DNA from: the human T2T-CHM13v2.0 reference genome, Homo sapiens
DNA: 64,000 nt
Assembly (NCBI RefSeq): GCF_009914755.1
Contig: NC_060947.1
Reading direction: 5' to 3' (one strand)
Shown here: positions 42,551-60,566 of the stretch, piece by piece
Layout: each line of letters starts with the position of its first letter
Position numbering within the stretch: the first letter of the stretch is position 1
The notes under the pieces: model-generated
The model's input: the letters and a program-made list of their open reading frames with translations, nothing else
Databases searched by the model: none
Told to the model about the DNA's origin: nothing
Translations under genes and position numbers: made by a program

Positions 42551-42973
42551 GGGTGGGGAGGGTGGCTAGTGGCATCACAAACAAACGAACAAACCTGGGA
42601 CAAGTCTGGAGGAAGAGTTAAGTTGAGCGTGAAGCCTGCTGCATGTGAGGCACTGGAAAGTACTCAAAAACACTCAGGTATGGATGTTCAGTCACCAGGG
42701 TAACAGGGACTAACCAAGGGTCTCAGGAGAGGCAAGGAAGCAGATTTGGGTCAGCTGTATTTGCCTTGCCTCATATATATACGCTGATATATTCTTATGA
42801 AACAAATTAAGTTTTTTTTTTTTTTTTTTCAGTAAAACTGTGCATATCAATTTGTATTCTAGAGAAGTTATCCAAAAATTTCATCTAAGCCAACCAGGCC
42901 AAATTTTTATCTTCTTGAATAGGGTGAGTTAATTCTCTCTGAACCTCAAAATACCTCACTGTTAGTTAAAACA

Positions 42974-43260
<287 letters not shown>

Positions 43261-43436
43261 AGTGAAAACATTCTTTTAATGTTTTCAAGGCAACAGTGGC
43301 ACAAGTAATCAAGGTCTTATATTACTGATGTCAACTTACTGTCTGCTGAACTTGCAGGAAGCAAAAAACCAGTGAGTCAAATTTAGTAACCCATCTTTAT
43401 GTTATATAAGCTTTCTTCTTTCCCACCCCCTTAGTT

Positions 43437-43679
43437 AAGGGGCTGACAAACTGTTTTTGTAAAGGACCAGAGAGTATGTATTTTAGACTTTGCAGGCTAT
43501 ATGCCTTCCATCACAACTACTCAGCTATGTTGCAACTATTCAACTCTACCATTGTAGCAAGAAAGAAGCTATAGACAATATGTAAACAAATGGGCATGGC
43601 TGTGTTCCAATAAAACTTTATTTACAAGAACAGGCCATGGGCTGGATTTATCCCACAGGCTATAGTTTATTAATCTCTG
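43437..43679. mobile_element. MER58A-like hAT-Charlie DNA transposon
   Basis: Degenerate TIRs (aggggctgacaaact / agtttattaatctctg), internal gctgtgttccaataaaactttatttaca, and 8-bp near-TSD ccttagtt/ccttagat. Confidence 0.8.
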
Positions 43680-43937
43680 CCTTAGATAATTATATGAGCT
43701 ATGAGTAATATTTTCTGATCTACATTCTTTTTTTATTATACTTTAAGTTTTAGGGTACATGTGCACAACGTGCAGGTTTGTTACATATGTATACATGTGC
43801 CATGTTCGTGTGCTGCACCCATTAACTCGTCATTTAACATTAGGTATATCTCCTAATGCTATCCCTCCCCGCCCCGAGTCCCACAACAGGCCCCGGTGTG
43901 TGATGTTCCCCTTCCTGTGTTCATGTGTTCTCATTGT

Positions 43938-47760
<3,823 letters not shown>

Positions 47761-47823
47761 TATGATGTTAGCTGGTTATTTTGCTCGTTAGTTGATGCAG
47801 TTTCTTCCTAGTCTTGATGGTCT

Positions 47824-48840
47824 TTACATTTTGGCATGATTTTGCAGTGGCTGGTACCGGTTGTTCCTTTCCATATTTAGCGCTTCCTTCAGGAGCTCTT
47901 TTAGGGCAGGCCTGGTGGTGACAAAATCTCTCAGCATTTGCTTGTCTGTAAAGTATTTTATTTCCCCTTTGCTTATGAAGCTTAGTTTGGCTGGATATGA
48001 AATTCTGGGTTGCAAATTCTTTTCTTTAAGAATGTTGAATATTGGCCCCCACTCTCTTCTGGCTTGTAGGGTTTCTGCCGAGAGATCCGCTGTTAGTCTG
48101 ATGGGCTTCCCTTTGAGGGTAACCCGACCTTTCTCTCTGGCTGCCCTTAACATTTTTTCCTTCATTTCAACTTTGGTGAATCTGACAATTATGTGTCTTG
48201 GAGTTGCTCTTTTTGAGGAGTATCTTTGTGGCGTTCTCTGTATTTCCTGAATCTGAACGTTGGCCTGCCTTGCTAGATTGGGGAAGTTCTCCTGGATAAT
48301 ATCGTGCAGAGTGTTTTCCAACTTGGTTCCATTCTCCCCATCACTTTCAGGTACACCAATGAGACGTAGCTTTGGTCTTTTCACATAGTCCCATATTTCT
48401 TGGAGGCTTTGCTCATTTCTTTTTATTCTTTTTTCTCTAAACTTCCCTTCTCGCTTCATTTCAGTCATTTCATCTTCCATTGCTGATACCCTTTCTTCCA
48501 GTTGATCGCATCGGCTCCTGAGGCTTCTGCATTCTTCACGTAGTTCTCGAGCCTTGGTTTTCAGCTCCATCAGCTCCTTTAAGCACTTCTCTGTATTGGT
48601 TATTCTAGTTATACATTCTTCTAAATTTTTTTCAAAGTTTTCAACTTCTTTGCCTTTGGTTTGGATGTCCTCCCGTAGCTCAGAGTAATTTGATCGTCTC
48701 AAGCCTTCTTCTCTCAGCTTGTCAAAGTCATTCTCCATCCGGCTTTGTTCCATTGCTGGTGAGGAACTGCGTTCCTTTGGAGGAGGAGAGGCGCTCTGCT
48801 TTTTAGAGTTTCCAGCTTTTCTGTTCTGTTTTTTCCCCAT
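47824..48840 (-). CDS. LINE-1 ORF1p, intact 338 aa
   Basis: MGKKQNRK...NHAKM at canonical length; coiled coil, REKG, ARR and YPAKLS motifs present. Confidence 0.95.
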   Translation of the reverse strand: MGKKQNRKAGNSKKQSASPPPKERSSSPAMEQSRMENDFDKLREEGLRRSNYSELREDIQTKGKEVENFEKNLEECITRITNTEKCLKELMELKTKARELREECRSLRSRCDQLEERVSAMEDEMTEMKREGKFREKRIKRNEQSLQEIWDYVKRPKLRLIGVPESDGENGTKLENTLHDIIQENFPNLARQANVQIQEIQRTPQRYSSKRATPRHIIVRFTKVEMKEKMLRAAREKGRVTLKGKPIRLTADLSAETLQARREWGPIFNILKEKNLQPRISYPAKLSFISKGEIKYFTDKQMLRDFVTTRPALKELLKEALNMERNNRYQPLQNHAKM

Positions 48841-49743
48841 CTTTGTGGTTTTATCTACTTTTGGTCTTTGATGATGGTGATGTACAGATGGGTTTTCGGT
48901 GTGGATGTCCTTTCTGTTTGTTAGTTTTCCTTCTAACAGACAGGACCCTCAGCTGCAGGTCTGTTGGAATACCCTGCCATGTGTGGTGTCAGTGTGCCCC
49001 TGCTGGGGGGTGCCTCCCAGTTAGGTTGCTCGGGGGACAGGGGTCAGGGACCCACTTGAGGAGGCAGTCTGCCCGTTCTCAGATCTCCAGCTGCGTGCTG
49101 GGAGAACCACTGCTCTCTTCAAAGCTGTCAGACAGGGACATTTAAGTCTGCAGAGGTTACTGCTGTCTTTTTGTTTGTCTGTGCTCTGCCCCCAGAGGTG
49201 GAGCCTACAGAGGCAGGCAGGCCTCCTTGAGCTGTGGTGGGCTCCACCCAGTTCCAGCTTCCCGGCTGCTTTGTTTACCTAATCAAGCCTGGGCATGGCG
49301 GGCGCCCCTCCCCCAGCCTCGCTGCCGCCTTGCAGTTTGATCTCAGACTGCTGTGCTAGCAATCAGCGAGACTCCGTGGGCGTAGGACCCTCCGAGCCAG
49401 GTGTGGGATATAATCTCGTGGTGCGCCGTGTTTTAAGCCCGTCGGAAAAGCGCAGTATTCAGGTGGGAGTGACCCGATTTTCCAGGTGCTGTCCGTCACC
49501 CCTTTCTTTGACTGGGAAAGGGAACTCCCTGACCCCTTGTGCTTCCCGAGTGAGGCAATGCCTCGCCCTGCTTCGGCTCGCGCACGGTGCGTGCACCCAC
49601 TGGCCTGCGCCCACTGTCTGGCACTCCCTAGTGAGATGAACCCGGTACCTCAGGTGGAAATGCAGAAATCACCCGTCTTCTGCGTCGCTCACGCTGGGAG
49701 CTGTAGACCTGAGCTGTTCCTATTCGGCCATCTTGGCTCCTCC
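48841..49743 (-). promoter_or_regulatory. L1 5'UTR with internal sense promoter (YY1 site AAGATGGC) and antisense promoter; CpG-rich
   Basis: Canonical sequence with many CpGs retained. Confidence 0.85.
49295..49639 (+). CDS. LINE-1 ORF0 (antisense 5'UTR ORF), 114-aa form
   Basis: MAGAPPPASLPPCSLISDCCASNQRDSVGVGPSEPG is the primate ORF0 N-terminus; context ggcATGG. Confidence 0.75.
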   Translation: MAGAPPPASLPPCSLISDCCASNQRDSVGVGPSEPGVGYNLVVRRVLSPSEKRSIQVGVTRFSRCCPSPLSLTGKGNSLTPCASRVRQCLALLRLAHGACTHWPAPTVWHSLVR

Positions 49744-49936
49744 ACAATATGACTTCTTAAAAATTTTTTCCTCTCTACATTGTTTACCAAAGTGTAAGGG
49801 TAACTTTATTATTGGCTTATATACTTTATGCTAAATGAATACTGTTAAGCATAGCTAAATTTTAGGTGAGATAATTTTATGTTACAGAAGTAAGGTTCCA
49901 TATTTCTGTAAACTTGTTTTTACTCTATGGCGCATA

Positions 49937-50420
49937 TGGGATGGGTTATAAAAATGACCATAGTATTTCGCAGCTGTTCCCACCAAGAAGTGAAGTCTAT
50001 TTCCTGACCCCTTGAATCTGGGCTGGCCAAGTGGCCTGCTTTGATGGACAGAATGTGAGAAATGTGCACAATTTTGAGCTTCAGCCTAACAAAGCCTTGC
50101 AGTTTTTGCTTTTTTGTGGCTCTTGGAACTGTTTTACCACTGTTTGATAAGGCTGGGCTAGCCTGCTGGAGGCTGAGACCAAATGGAGCAGTGATAAACC
50201 GTCTTAGCTGAGCCCCCCACCAAAATCAACCGGTTCCCAGCCAACCTGGCAGCTAACCACAGAAACTTGAGTGAACCCAGCAAAGACCAGGGGATAACAT
50301 CCCTGCTGAGCCCAGCGCACCTTGTTGACCCACAGAATTCTGAGATAAGTGAACGGTGGCGGTTTTAAGCCAAGAAGCTGTGGAGTCATTTGTTACATAG
50401 CAGTAGATAACCAATATACT
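49937..50420 (+). mobile_element. MLT1 (E/F-like) LTR
   Basis: cccttgaatctgggctggcc...ttttaagccaagaagc...gcagtagataaccaatatac. Confidence 0.7.
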
Positions 50421-50609
50421 CCATCTCTAAAGGACTTAAGTAAAAATCATTAGCGCATTTTTTCTACTTTTATATTTCCATTTGTATGTGTTTATTCTTT
50501 TGTAATTTGTGCCTTAAAGATGATATAAATGATTCTGAAAAAAGACACTTATAGTCTTGATCTGACAAAGTAGATGTGTGTTGGAGTTTGAGAAGGATCA
50601 AGGATAATC

Positions 50610-50805
50610 TTTTTTAAAAAATTATTTATTTTTAGTTAGATAAGAATTAGACATATTTATAGGGTACAACATGTTTTGATATATGCATACAATGTAGAAT
50701 GATGAAATCAAGTGAATTAGCATCTCCTTCACCTCACCTACTTTTCTTTTATTGATGAGAACATTTAAGATCTTCTCTTTTAGCACTTTCAAAATATACA
50801 ATACT
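50610..50805 (-). mobile_element. L1MA 3'-end fragment
   Basis: catatttatagggtacaacatg...gagaacatttaagatc...tttcaaaatatacaata. Confidence 0.7.
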
Positions 50806-51455
50806 CTTTCCCCTTAGTTTCCCACTGAGGTTTAGAACAATTCAGTGACAGGCTCAGGAGTAAGGCATGAAGATAATAAATGATCACTGCTATTACTCTC
50901 TAGTACTGGGCTGAATCTCAGGAATCTAGAAATGGTCTAGATTCTGATCCTGACGCTACTGAGTGGCAGATTGAGAATTATACAGCCACCAGCTGCATTG
51001 AATGAATTTAGGCAACTCTCTTAGGGGACCAGCCCCTCTGAAACTTTGAGCTTGGAGGGGCAGAGCAGAGTAAATGCCCTCTATAGGCAAAAAGGAGGAT
51101 AGGGAAGAGAAATTGTGTCAAGATGAACAAGTATCTTCTCTTAGATTCACCAATAGTTCAGTCACCTCCCTCCATAGAATAGCAGAGGAAGGCTAGGAAT
51201 ACTGCTTTAATGGACTGTCTCCCCAAATGTCAAGCCACATTAGGAGCAATAAATAAGTATTCTTACTTGACAGTGTCATGAACTAAAAATGCTGAGCGTA
51301 ATCTGACCATCAGCCAGAAGTTAGCAGATTTAAAATGAGAAATACACCGTATTGAAAAAAGCAAAAACAAGAAAACAAAACAATTTTTGCACCAGTAATA
51401 ATGGCAGTAATAGCTACTGGCTTTTGAATATTTATTGCATGCCAGGCTGTGTTCT

Positions 51456-51644
51456 TTTTTTTTTTAATACTTTAAGTTTTAGGGTACATGTGCACAACGT
51501 GCAGGTGGGAACTGAACAGTGAGAACACATGGACACAGGAAGGGGAACATCACACACCAGGGCCTGTTGTGGGGTGGGGGGAGCGGGGAGGGATAGCATT
51601 AGGAGATATACCTAATGTAAATGATGAGTTAATGGGTGCAGCAC
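51456..51644 (-). mobile_element. Tiny 5'-inverted L1PA (PA4-like) insertion inside a MIR
   Basis: Antisense 3' end (51456-51506) followed by sense 3'UTR (51503-51644); TSD gccaggctgtgttct at 51441-55 and 51645-59. Confidence 0.92.
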
Positions 51645-52118
51645 GCCAGGCTGTGTTCTAATGAAAGTATTTAACCCTCATATAACCCTATGATATAGGT
51701 ATATTTATTGTCTCCTCTTTACAGATGGGGATAATAATGCACAGACATCCTAAGGAACTTGCCCCATGATACATAAGATGGGATGAAATTTGTATCTTTC
51801 CTGGCTTGTTTCCATCCAAGAGTAAGAAGTATATTTTGAGAAATGTATGTAGTTCACATGGATGGATTTGTGTAGTTCATAGACTTACCCTAGGATGCAA
51901 TTTGAAACCTCTTCATTCTGTGATCATTTATTTATTCTTATCGTACAAACACCTACCATAAGCTTTGTTTATTTTAATTCAGAGAGTAGTTCTTTTCTTC
52001 TATCTAAGACATTCAATCTAATGCCCTGTTTGATTTTATTGAGGTACAGTTTCTAAACAAAAGCTTTGTATTTAACTGTCACTATGGCTCATCCAATTAC
52101 ACCCTGTTTTACCTATAG

Positions 52119-52607
<489 letters not shown>

Positions 52608-53220
52608 TGACCTACCATAAGCTTTGCTGGTGATTCACAGATACTATGAGTCTACTCTTCTAGTTATCTGTTGCTTCATAGCAAGTTATCCCATACTTAA
52701 TACCTTAAAACTAAAGCCATTCATTATATTTCATGATTTTTTGAATATGAATTTGGATGAGTCTCGACTGGCTGATTCTTTTACTCCATATGGCATTGAC
52801 TTTTAGTAAGGGAGAGTGGGTACATGGTAGACCCATTAAATGAAGCCGTGGGATTCAGGAGGATAAGTCACCATAGTATTTGCAGAAAAAGTAAAGATTC
52901 AGGAGGGTGGGGAAGGCATACGTTTTTCTTGAATTTGTTTCTTGAGGTAGAATTCACATACCATAAATTTACCTAAAGTATACATTTCAGTGGTTTTAGC
53001 ATATTCACAGTTGTACAATTGCTACCACTATCTAAGTTTAGAACATTTTCTTCACCCCAAAAAGAAACCCCTTACTCATCAGTAGTCACTTTTCATACCC
53101 GCTCCAACCACAGTCAACCACTAATCTTTTTTCTGTTTCTATAAATTTACCTGTTATAAAATTTTCATATAAATGGAATCATGCAATATGTGGCCTTTGT
53201 GTCTGGTCTCTTTCAGTTAG

Positions 53221-53595
<375 letters not shown>

Positions 53596-53894
53596 TGACT
53601 GAATAATATTCCATTGTAGAGCTATGTCACATTTGTTTAGCCATTTATCAGTTGACTAACATTGGGTGGCTTCTACTTTTTGGCTATTATGAATAATGCT
53701 GCTATGAACATTCATATATGAGCTTTTCTGTGAACATATGTTTTCATTTTTCTTGGGTGGAGTGGAATTTCTGGGACTTACTGTAACTCTGTTTATAGTA
53801 TGAGAAAGTTTACAATTTACATTTTGAGGAAAAGCCAAACTGTTTTCTAAAGTACCTGACCATTTTATATTCCCATCAAAAACGTGTAAGATTA

Positions 53895-54246
<352 letters not shown>

Positions 54247-54480
54247 TTAGCCATTCTAGTGGGTGTGAAATGGTATTTCATTGTGGTTTTGATTGGGATT
54301 TCCCTAATGTGTAATAATGTTGAGCCTCTTTTAATGTGTTTGTTAGCCATGTGTGTATCTTCTTTATAGAAATGTCTATTCATCTCCTTTCCCTATTTTT
54401 AAATTGGATTATTTGCCTTTTTATTGAGTTGTGAAGGTACTTTTTATATTCTGGATACCAGTAGCTTATCTGATATCTGA

Positions 54481-54777
<297 letters not shown>

Positions 54778-54855
54778 TGATCCTCCTGCCTCGGCCTCCC
54801 AAATTGCTGGGATTACAGGCATGAGTCACCGTGCCTGGCCTCTTTTTTTTTTTGA

Positions 54856-55065
<210 letters not shown>

Positions 55066-56261
55066 TGATTAGTCCGCTTCGGCTCCAGAGTGCTGGGAAT
55101 ACAGGCGTGAGCCACTGCGCCTGGCCTTCACTTTCTTAATGGTATCATTTGAACAAAAGTTTTAAATTTTTATGTAATCCAATTTACCTATATTTTATTA
55201 CTTATGTTTTTAATGCCATGTCTAGAAACTGTGGTCTAATCTAAAGTCATGAAGACTTACGTGTTTTCTTCTAAGAATTTTATAGTTGGAACTCCTACAA
55301 TTTGGTCCTACTTCTTTTTCATGTGAATATTCAGTGGTCCCACCACCATTTATTGAAACACCATTCGTCCCCCCATTGAATTATCTTGACAACCTTGTTG
55401 AAAATCAATTAACCATAAACATAAGAATTAATTTCTGGAGTCTCAATTCTTTTCCATTGATATACATGTCCATCCTCATGCCAGTATCATGCTGTTTTGA
55501 CTACTGTAGCTTTGAAGTAAGTTTTGAAATTGGAAAGTGTGACTCCTCTAACTTTATTTTTGAAGACTGTGTTGGCATCTGGCTCCTTGTGTTTCCTTAT
55601 GAAATGGAGAATCAGCTTGTCAATTTATTCAAAGAAATCAACTAGCATTCTGATAAGTACTGCATCAAATCTGTACATCAGTTTGGGGAATATTATCATT
55701 TTAACAATGTTAAATCTTCTGATCTATCCCCATGGATGACTTTCTACATATTTAGATCTTCTCCAATTTCTTTCAACCACATTTTTTAGTTTTCAGTGTA
55801 CAAATCTTATGTTGCTTTTGTTAATTTTATTCCTAAGAGTTTTAATCCTTTTGGTGCTGTTATAAATGGAATTTTCTTATTTTAATTTTCAGACTGTTCA
55901 TTGCTAGTGTATAGAAATGCAGTTGATTTTGTGTATTGATCTTGTATCCTGCAACTTTGCTGAACTTATTTATTCTAATAATTTTTAGTGGATTTCTTAG
56001 GATTTTCTATATACAAGATTATGTCATCTGCAAATATAGTTTTACTTCCTCCTTTCCAATTTGGATGTGTTTTATTTCTTTTTCTAGCCTAACTACCATG
56101 GGCTAGAACCTCAGTACAACATTGAATGGAAATGGTGAGAGTGAACATCCTTATCTTGTTCGTGATGTATCCAGTCTTTCACCAATTAAGTATGATGTTA
56201 CCTGTTACTTATTATTATTGAGATCATGTGATTTTTGTTCTTTATTAATATGGTATATTAC

Positions 56262-56654
56262 TGATATGGTTTGGATTTGTGTCCTCTTGCAAATCTCATG
56301 TTCAATTGCAGCCTCATTGTTGGAGGTGGGGCCTGGTGATTGGATCATGGGTGTGGTTTCCCATGAATGGTTTAGCACCATCCCCTCAGTGGTATTCTTG
56401 TGAGAGTGAGTGAGTGAGTGATTTATCATGACATCTGGTTGTTTAAAAGTGTATACCACTTCCCCCATCTCTCTCTTGGTCTTGCTCCTGCCATGTAAGA
56501 TGAATAAAAACTCCCTGTGGCCTCCCCAGCAGCAGATGCTGGCATTATGCTTTCTGAACAGCCTGTGGAACCATGAGCCAATTAAACCTTTCTTCTTGAT
56601 AAATTACCCAGTCTCAGGTATTTATTTATAGCAGTGCAAGAATGGACTAATACA
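56262..56654 (+). mobile_element. MST (A/B-like) MaLR solo LTR
   Basis: tgatatggtttggatttgtgtcc...aatggactaataca; 5-bp TSD attac. Confidence 0.9.
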
Positions 56655-56810
56655 ATTACATTGCTTTTTTTTTCCCTAGATGTTAAGTCAGTGTTGTATT
56701 CTTAGAACAAAACCTACTTGGTCATGGTATATAATCACTCTTACATATGTCTGGATTTAATTTGCTAGTGTTTTGTTGATGGCTTTTGCATAAATATCTG
56801 TAAAGGATAT

Positions 56811-57037
56811 TATGATGGTTAATTGTGTGTGTCAGCTTGATTGGGTAAGGGATGCCTGGATAGTTAGTGAAACATAATTTTTTGATGTGTCTGTGAGGGA
56901 GTCTCTGGAAGAGATAAGCATTTGAATTGGTAGATTGGATAAAGAAGATCCATCCTCACCCATGTGGGTGGACATCATCCAGCCCATCAAGGGCCTGAAT
57001 AGAACAATAAAGTGGAGGAAGGGAGAATTCACTCTTT
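56811..57037 (+). mobile_element. MLT2 (ERVL) LTR, 5' fragment
   Basis: tatgatggttaattgtgtgtgtcagcttgattggg...gggcctgaatagaacaa. Confidence 0.78.
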
Positions 57038-57684
57038 GTAGGAAGTTTCTAAATTATTAATTTAATCACCTGTCTCAGGTTTATTAAGATTTTCTATTTC
57101 TTTGAGTCAGTTTCAGGAGTTTGTGTTTCTCTAGAAATTTTTCCGTTTTATCTAAGTTATCTAATGTGTTGGCATATAGTTGTTCCTAATATTTTCTTAA
57201 AGTCACTGTTATTTCTGTAATATCAGTAGTGATGTCCTTTCATTCCTGAGTTGAGTAATTTGTTTCTTCTTTTATTTTCTGTTCAGTCTAGCTAAAGGTT
57301 TTCAATTTTGCTGATCTTCTCAACCAATCTTTCATTGACTTTTTCTATTTTTCTATTCTCTATTTTAATTGTGCTCTAGTCTTATTTCTTCTGTTTGCTT
57401 TGCATTTAGTTCACTATTTTTGTAGTGTCTTAAGATGGAAGATTAGGTTGATTTGAGATATTTTTATGTTATAGGCATTTATAGCTATAAATTTCCCTCT
57501 AAGCCATGCTTTAGCTATATCCCATAAGTTCCGGTATTTTTTGTCTTTTAATGTGCTGTGTTTGAATTATCTGTCGAATTTTTAGGTGGAGCAGTCTAAG
57601 TAGGAAGTTCAAAATGTACCTAAAATTTGGAAGTTCAAGAATAGACATAAATGAAGATAGGAGTCATTATCATTCTAGTGATAT

Positions 57685-58676
57685 TGATAGCAACAGGAGG
57701 CAGCCAAATGCCTAAGCAGATAGGGGTAGGTACCTGGTGAAACCCCACCTCTAAGCCGAAGACAGTTTAAAGCCTGAAAGCCAAGCTACAAGTTAAATCT
57801 TCGGACTGGATTGCAAACTTGTCTTCCTGTTTGTCATGCTTTCTTCTGATTGATCCACACCCTTCACCTATTTTACATCTACCTACCCTTTCCTAATTGG
57901 TTTTCTACACTGTTGTGCCCATGTTTGAGTAGTGTCTTTGCTTTAACCTTTTTTGCATAGTCACAAACCAGTTGGCACACACTCCCCATCCTGTGCCTAT
58001 AAAGACCCCAGACTCAGTTGGTAGAGGAGGAGACAGCCTGACTTTGGAGAAGATGACCTGCTCTTCCCATTCCCTCTCCAGCTCCCCTCTCTGCTGAGAG
58101 TCGTTTTCATCGCTCAGTAAAATTCTCCACCTTCACCATCCTTCAACTGTCCATGTGACCTCGTTCTACTTGGACATCAGACAAGAGCTTGGGACCCACC
58201 AAGTGTGGGTATGCAGAAAGGCTGTCACACTGGCCCTTTGCCCTCGCTGGCAGAGGGAAGCAGCCCCATGTGATGAGGCAAGGGGCTAACTGAGCTGCTA
58301 ACACACCACCATCGGTGGATGGTGGAATTACAGGAGCACTGTAACAGCTCATCTGGGGCCTCAGGGTCACGGGCACCCTCAACTGGGCACCGCCATGTTC
58401 CCCTCCAGGCAATACGCCTTATGTGGCTGAGGACCCTGCATTGAGCTTGCTTCTGTGTCGGCGCCCAGAGTAGCCGGCTGCATCCCATACTGGCTCGCTT
58501 GTGCCTGGTCTGGCCACAGGCCCCACATGGAACTTGTTCCTGTGTTGGCACCCGGGGCAGCTGGCTGGATCCCACACTCGCTCATATGCTCCCTCCCACA
58601 AGCGGTCGAGCGCAGTGGGCCAAGTAGAGGGGGCACCCCCGAGTCCAGGGAAAGGGCCGAGAAAACTCCTGCATCA
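57685..58676 (+). mobile_element. ERV1 solo LTR, ~1 kb (LTR27/LTR28-like)
   Basis: TGATAG...GCATCA ends, near-TSD atat/gtat, cctataaagacccc TATA ~57997 and agtaaa polyA-like signal ~58116. Confidence 0.8.
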
Positions 58677-59194
58677 GTATCTGAGGGCAGTGGTTGGGTG
58701 ACTAAGGAAAGGACACGAGGTGAAAAAAAAGGTTTCAAGAATGAAATGCCATGTCAACAACATGAATATGGTGAGCAGGGGAGGAGGTATCCAAGGAGGA
58801 GGCTGGAAAGTCATCAAGGGTAGAGGAAACCTAAAAGGTCCTGAGATCTTAAAGCCCAAGGTGAGAGAGAACAACAAGAAGCAGTTAATATCACAAAGTC
58901 AAGTGAGATAAAGCCTGAAACCATGACATTCTCAAGTTAAAAACCACTTTCAGCAGGCAATTTGGCAGAGTCCAATCTATAGCAGAGGAATCAGCAGCAG
59001 TAGAGAGAGTATAAAGCTAGGATAAAATAATAAATGTGTCTGCGAAACAGATTTGGGAGATAACAAAGTAGAATTAGTGTTTGGGGACTTTCAAAGTACA
59101 TTTTTAACAAATTAAACTCATTTGTGCACATGGTTTAGATGACACAGAAGGACTGCTATTAAAAAGTAACCATCTTCTACATAGAGGTAAATAC

Positions 59195-59630
59195 TGACAA
59201 AGACTCTCTCCCTTAACCTAAGTGTAGTCAGGTTCCTCTAAACTCATCTCAGCCAGGCCCGATTTTTGGGCTTCTATATTCATTTCTGCTTATTCCAGTT
59301 TTAGCAAGAATCTTATTGGGTCAGTTTAGTGAAAATCCCCCACCATTGATATCTGACCAAATTTCTCATTCCCCACCCTGGATACCTTATCACCTTGGCC
59401 TGGCTTCAGCAATAATCCTATCAAGTAGGTTTAGCCAGAGTGCTCCTTATCCTTGATGTTTTCTCTTAGTAAATTTCCATCAACTCACCCCACCCTGCTC
59501 CTTGGCTATACATTCCAATTTTTCCTTGTATTTGGAGTTGAGCCAGATCTCTCTCCTCTATCACTGTGGTCCTGAATAAAGACTGCCTTACTGTCTTTCA
59601 CAATTGTCATGAATAGTTTTTTCTTTAACA
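59195..59630 (+). mobile_element. MER31-like ERV1 LTR
   Basis: Starts tgacaaagactctctcc; aataaagactgcctta; ends ttctttaaca. Confidence 0.75.
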
Positions 59631-59714
59631 ACATTGATCATTGTTTCCCTGCCAAATGTTGTATCTCTAAATATGCTCATACAAATTCTTGCTTTATCAA
59701 CTTTAGATAATACA

Positions 59715-60290
59715 GCTGGGGCTCAGAAAGTGATACTCCAAGGACTGGCACGTTGACATGTTCAGAGGCCTTAGAAGCTGCCTCAGAATCTGGATACCAC
59801 TATTGGTCCTCCCCCTCGAGGGCAGGGGTACACCATCTGGAAATTTAAATGACCAACAAAGTTTCTTCTTAAAAGAAACAATTACCTTCCATCTTCTCCC
59901 TGACATCTCATTATCTCAGGAAAAAAGACAACTGCACCTGGGAGAACTTTTTCACAAGATAATGCCTGTCTCTTGGGCTCATTCAGTTTCTAAAGAGAAT
60001 CATTTACAAGTTAATTTTTATCTCCTAGGTCCATTCATTCTCTGTACAATCATTTGCTGCCCCTCAAAAGAATTGTCTGCCTTCCCCATGATGCCTCTCC
60101 CCCATGAGAAAGGATATATAAGCTTCTGGACCTCATTAGGTTATTGGGTAATTATTCTCCTGGGATTCTTCTATAATATACACATTAAAATAAAATTTTG
60201 TATACCTTTTCTCCTATTAATCTGCCTTTTGTCAGTTGATTTTTCAACAAACTTTCAGAGGGCGAAGGGGAAGTTTTCCTTTGCCCTACA
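59715..60290 (+). mobile_element. MER34/MER39-like ERV1 LTR
   Basis: ggggctcagaaagtgatactccaagg...aactttcagagggcgaaggggaagttttcctttgccctaca. Confidence 0.7.
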
Positions 60291-60313
60291 ATACCTAGTG
60301 GCTTTCTGCTTTC

Positions 60314-60566
60314 TTTTTTTTCCCCATCAAGTTCTGGGGTACATGTGCATGATGTACAGGTTTGTTACATAGGTAAACATGTGCCATGGTTGTTTGCTGC
60401 ACAGATCAACCCATCACCTAGGTATTAAGCCCAGTACCCAATAGCTATTCTTTCTGATGCTCTTCCTTCCCCAACTCCCCATCCCCTGCAGGCCCCAGTG
60501 TGTGTTGTTCCCCACCATGTGGCCATGAATCAACCCAAATGTCCATCAGTGATGTCCATCAATGAC
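60314..60566 (-). mobile_element. Short older L1PA (PA8-10-like) 3' fragment with a small inverted piece
   Basis: Antisense 3'UTR to ~60527, then sense aatcaacccaaatgtccatca...; TSD tggctttctgctttc at 60299-313 and 60567-81. Confidence 0.85.

Noticed and set aside
58143-58911. Overlapping 60-122-aa ORFs on both strands
   Set aside because: They fall in the GC-rich 3' part of a solo LTR and its flank; no gag/pol/env similarity.
59758-60372. 204-aa ORF
   Set aside because: It lies within a MER34/39-like LTR and runs into an L1 fragment; no recognisable domain.
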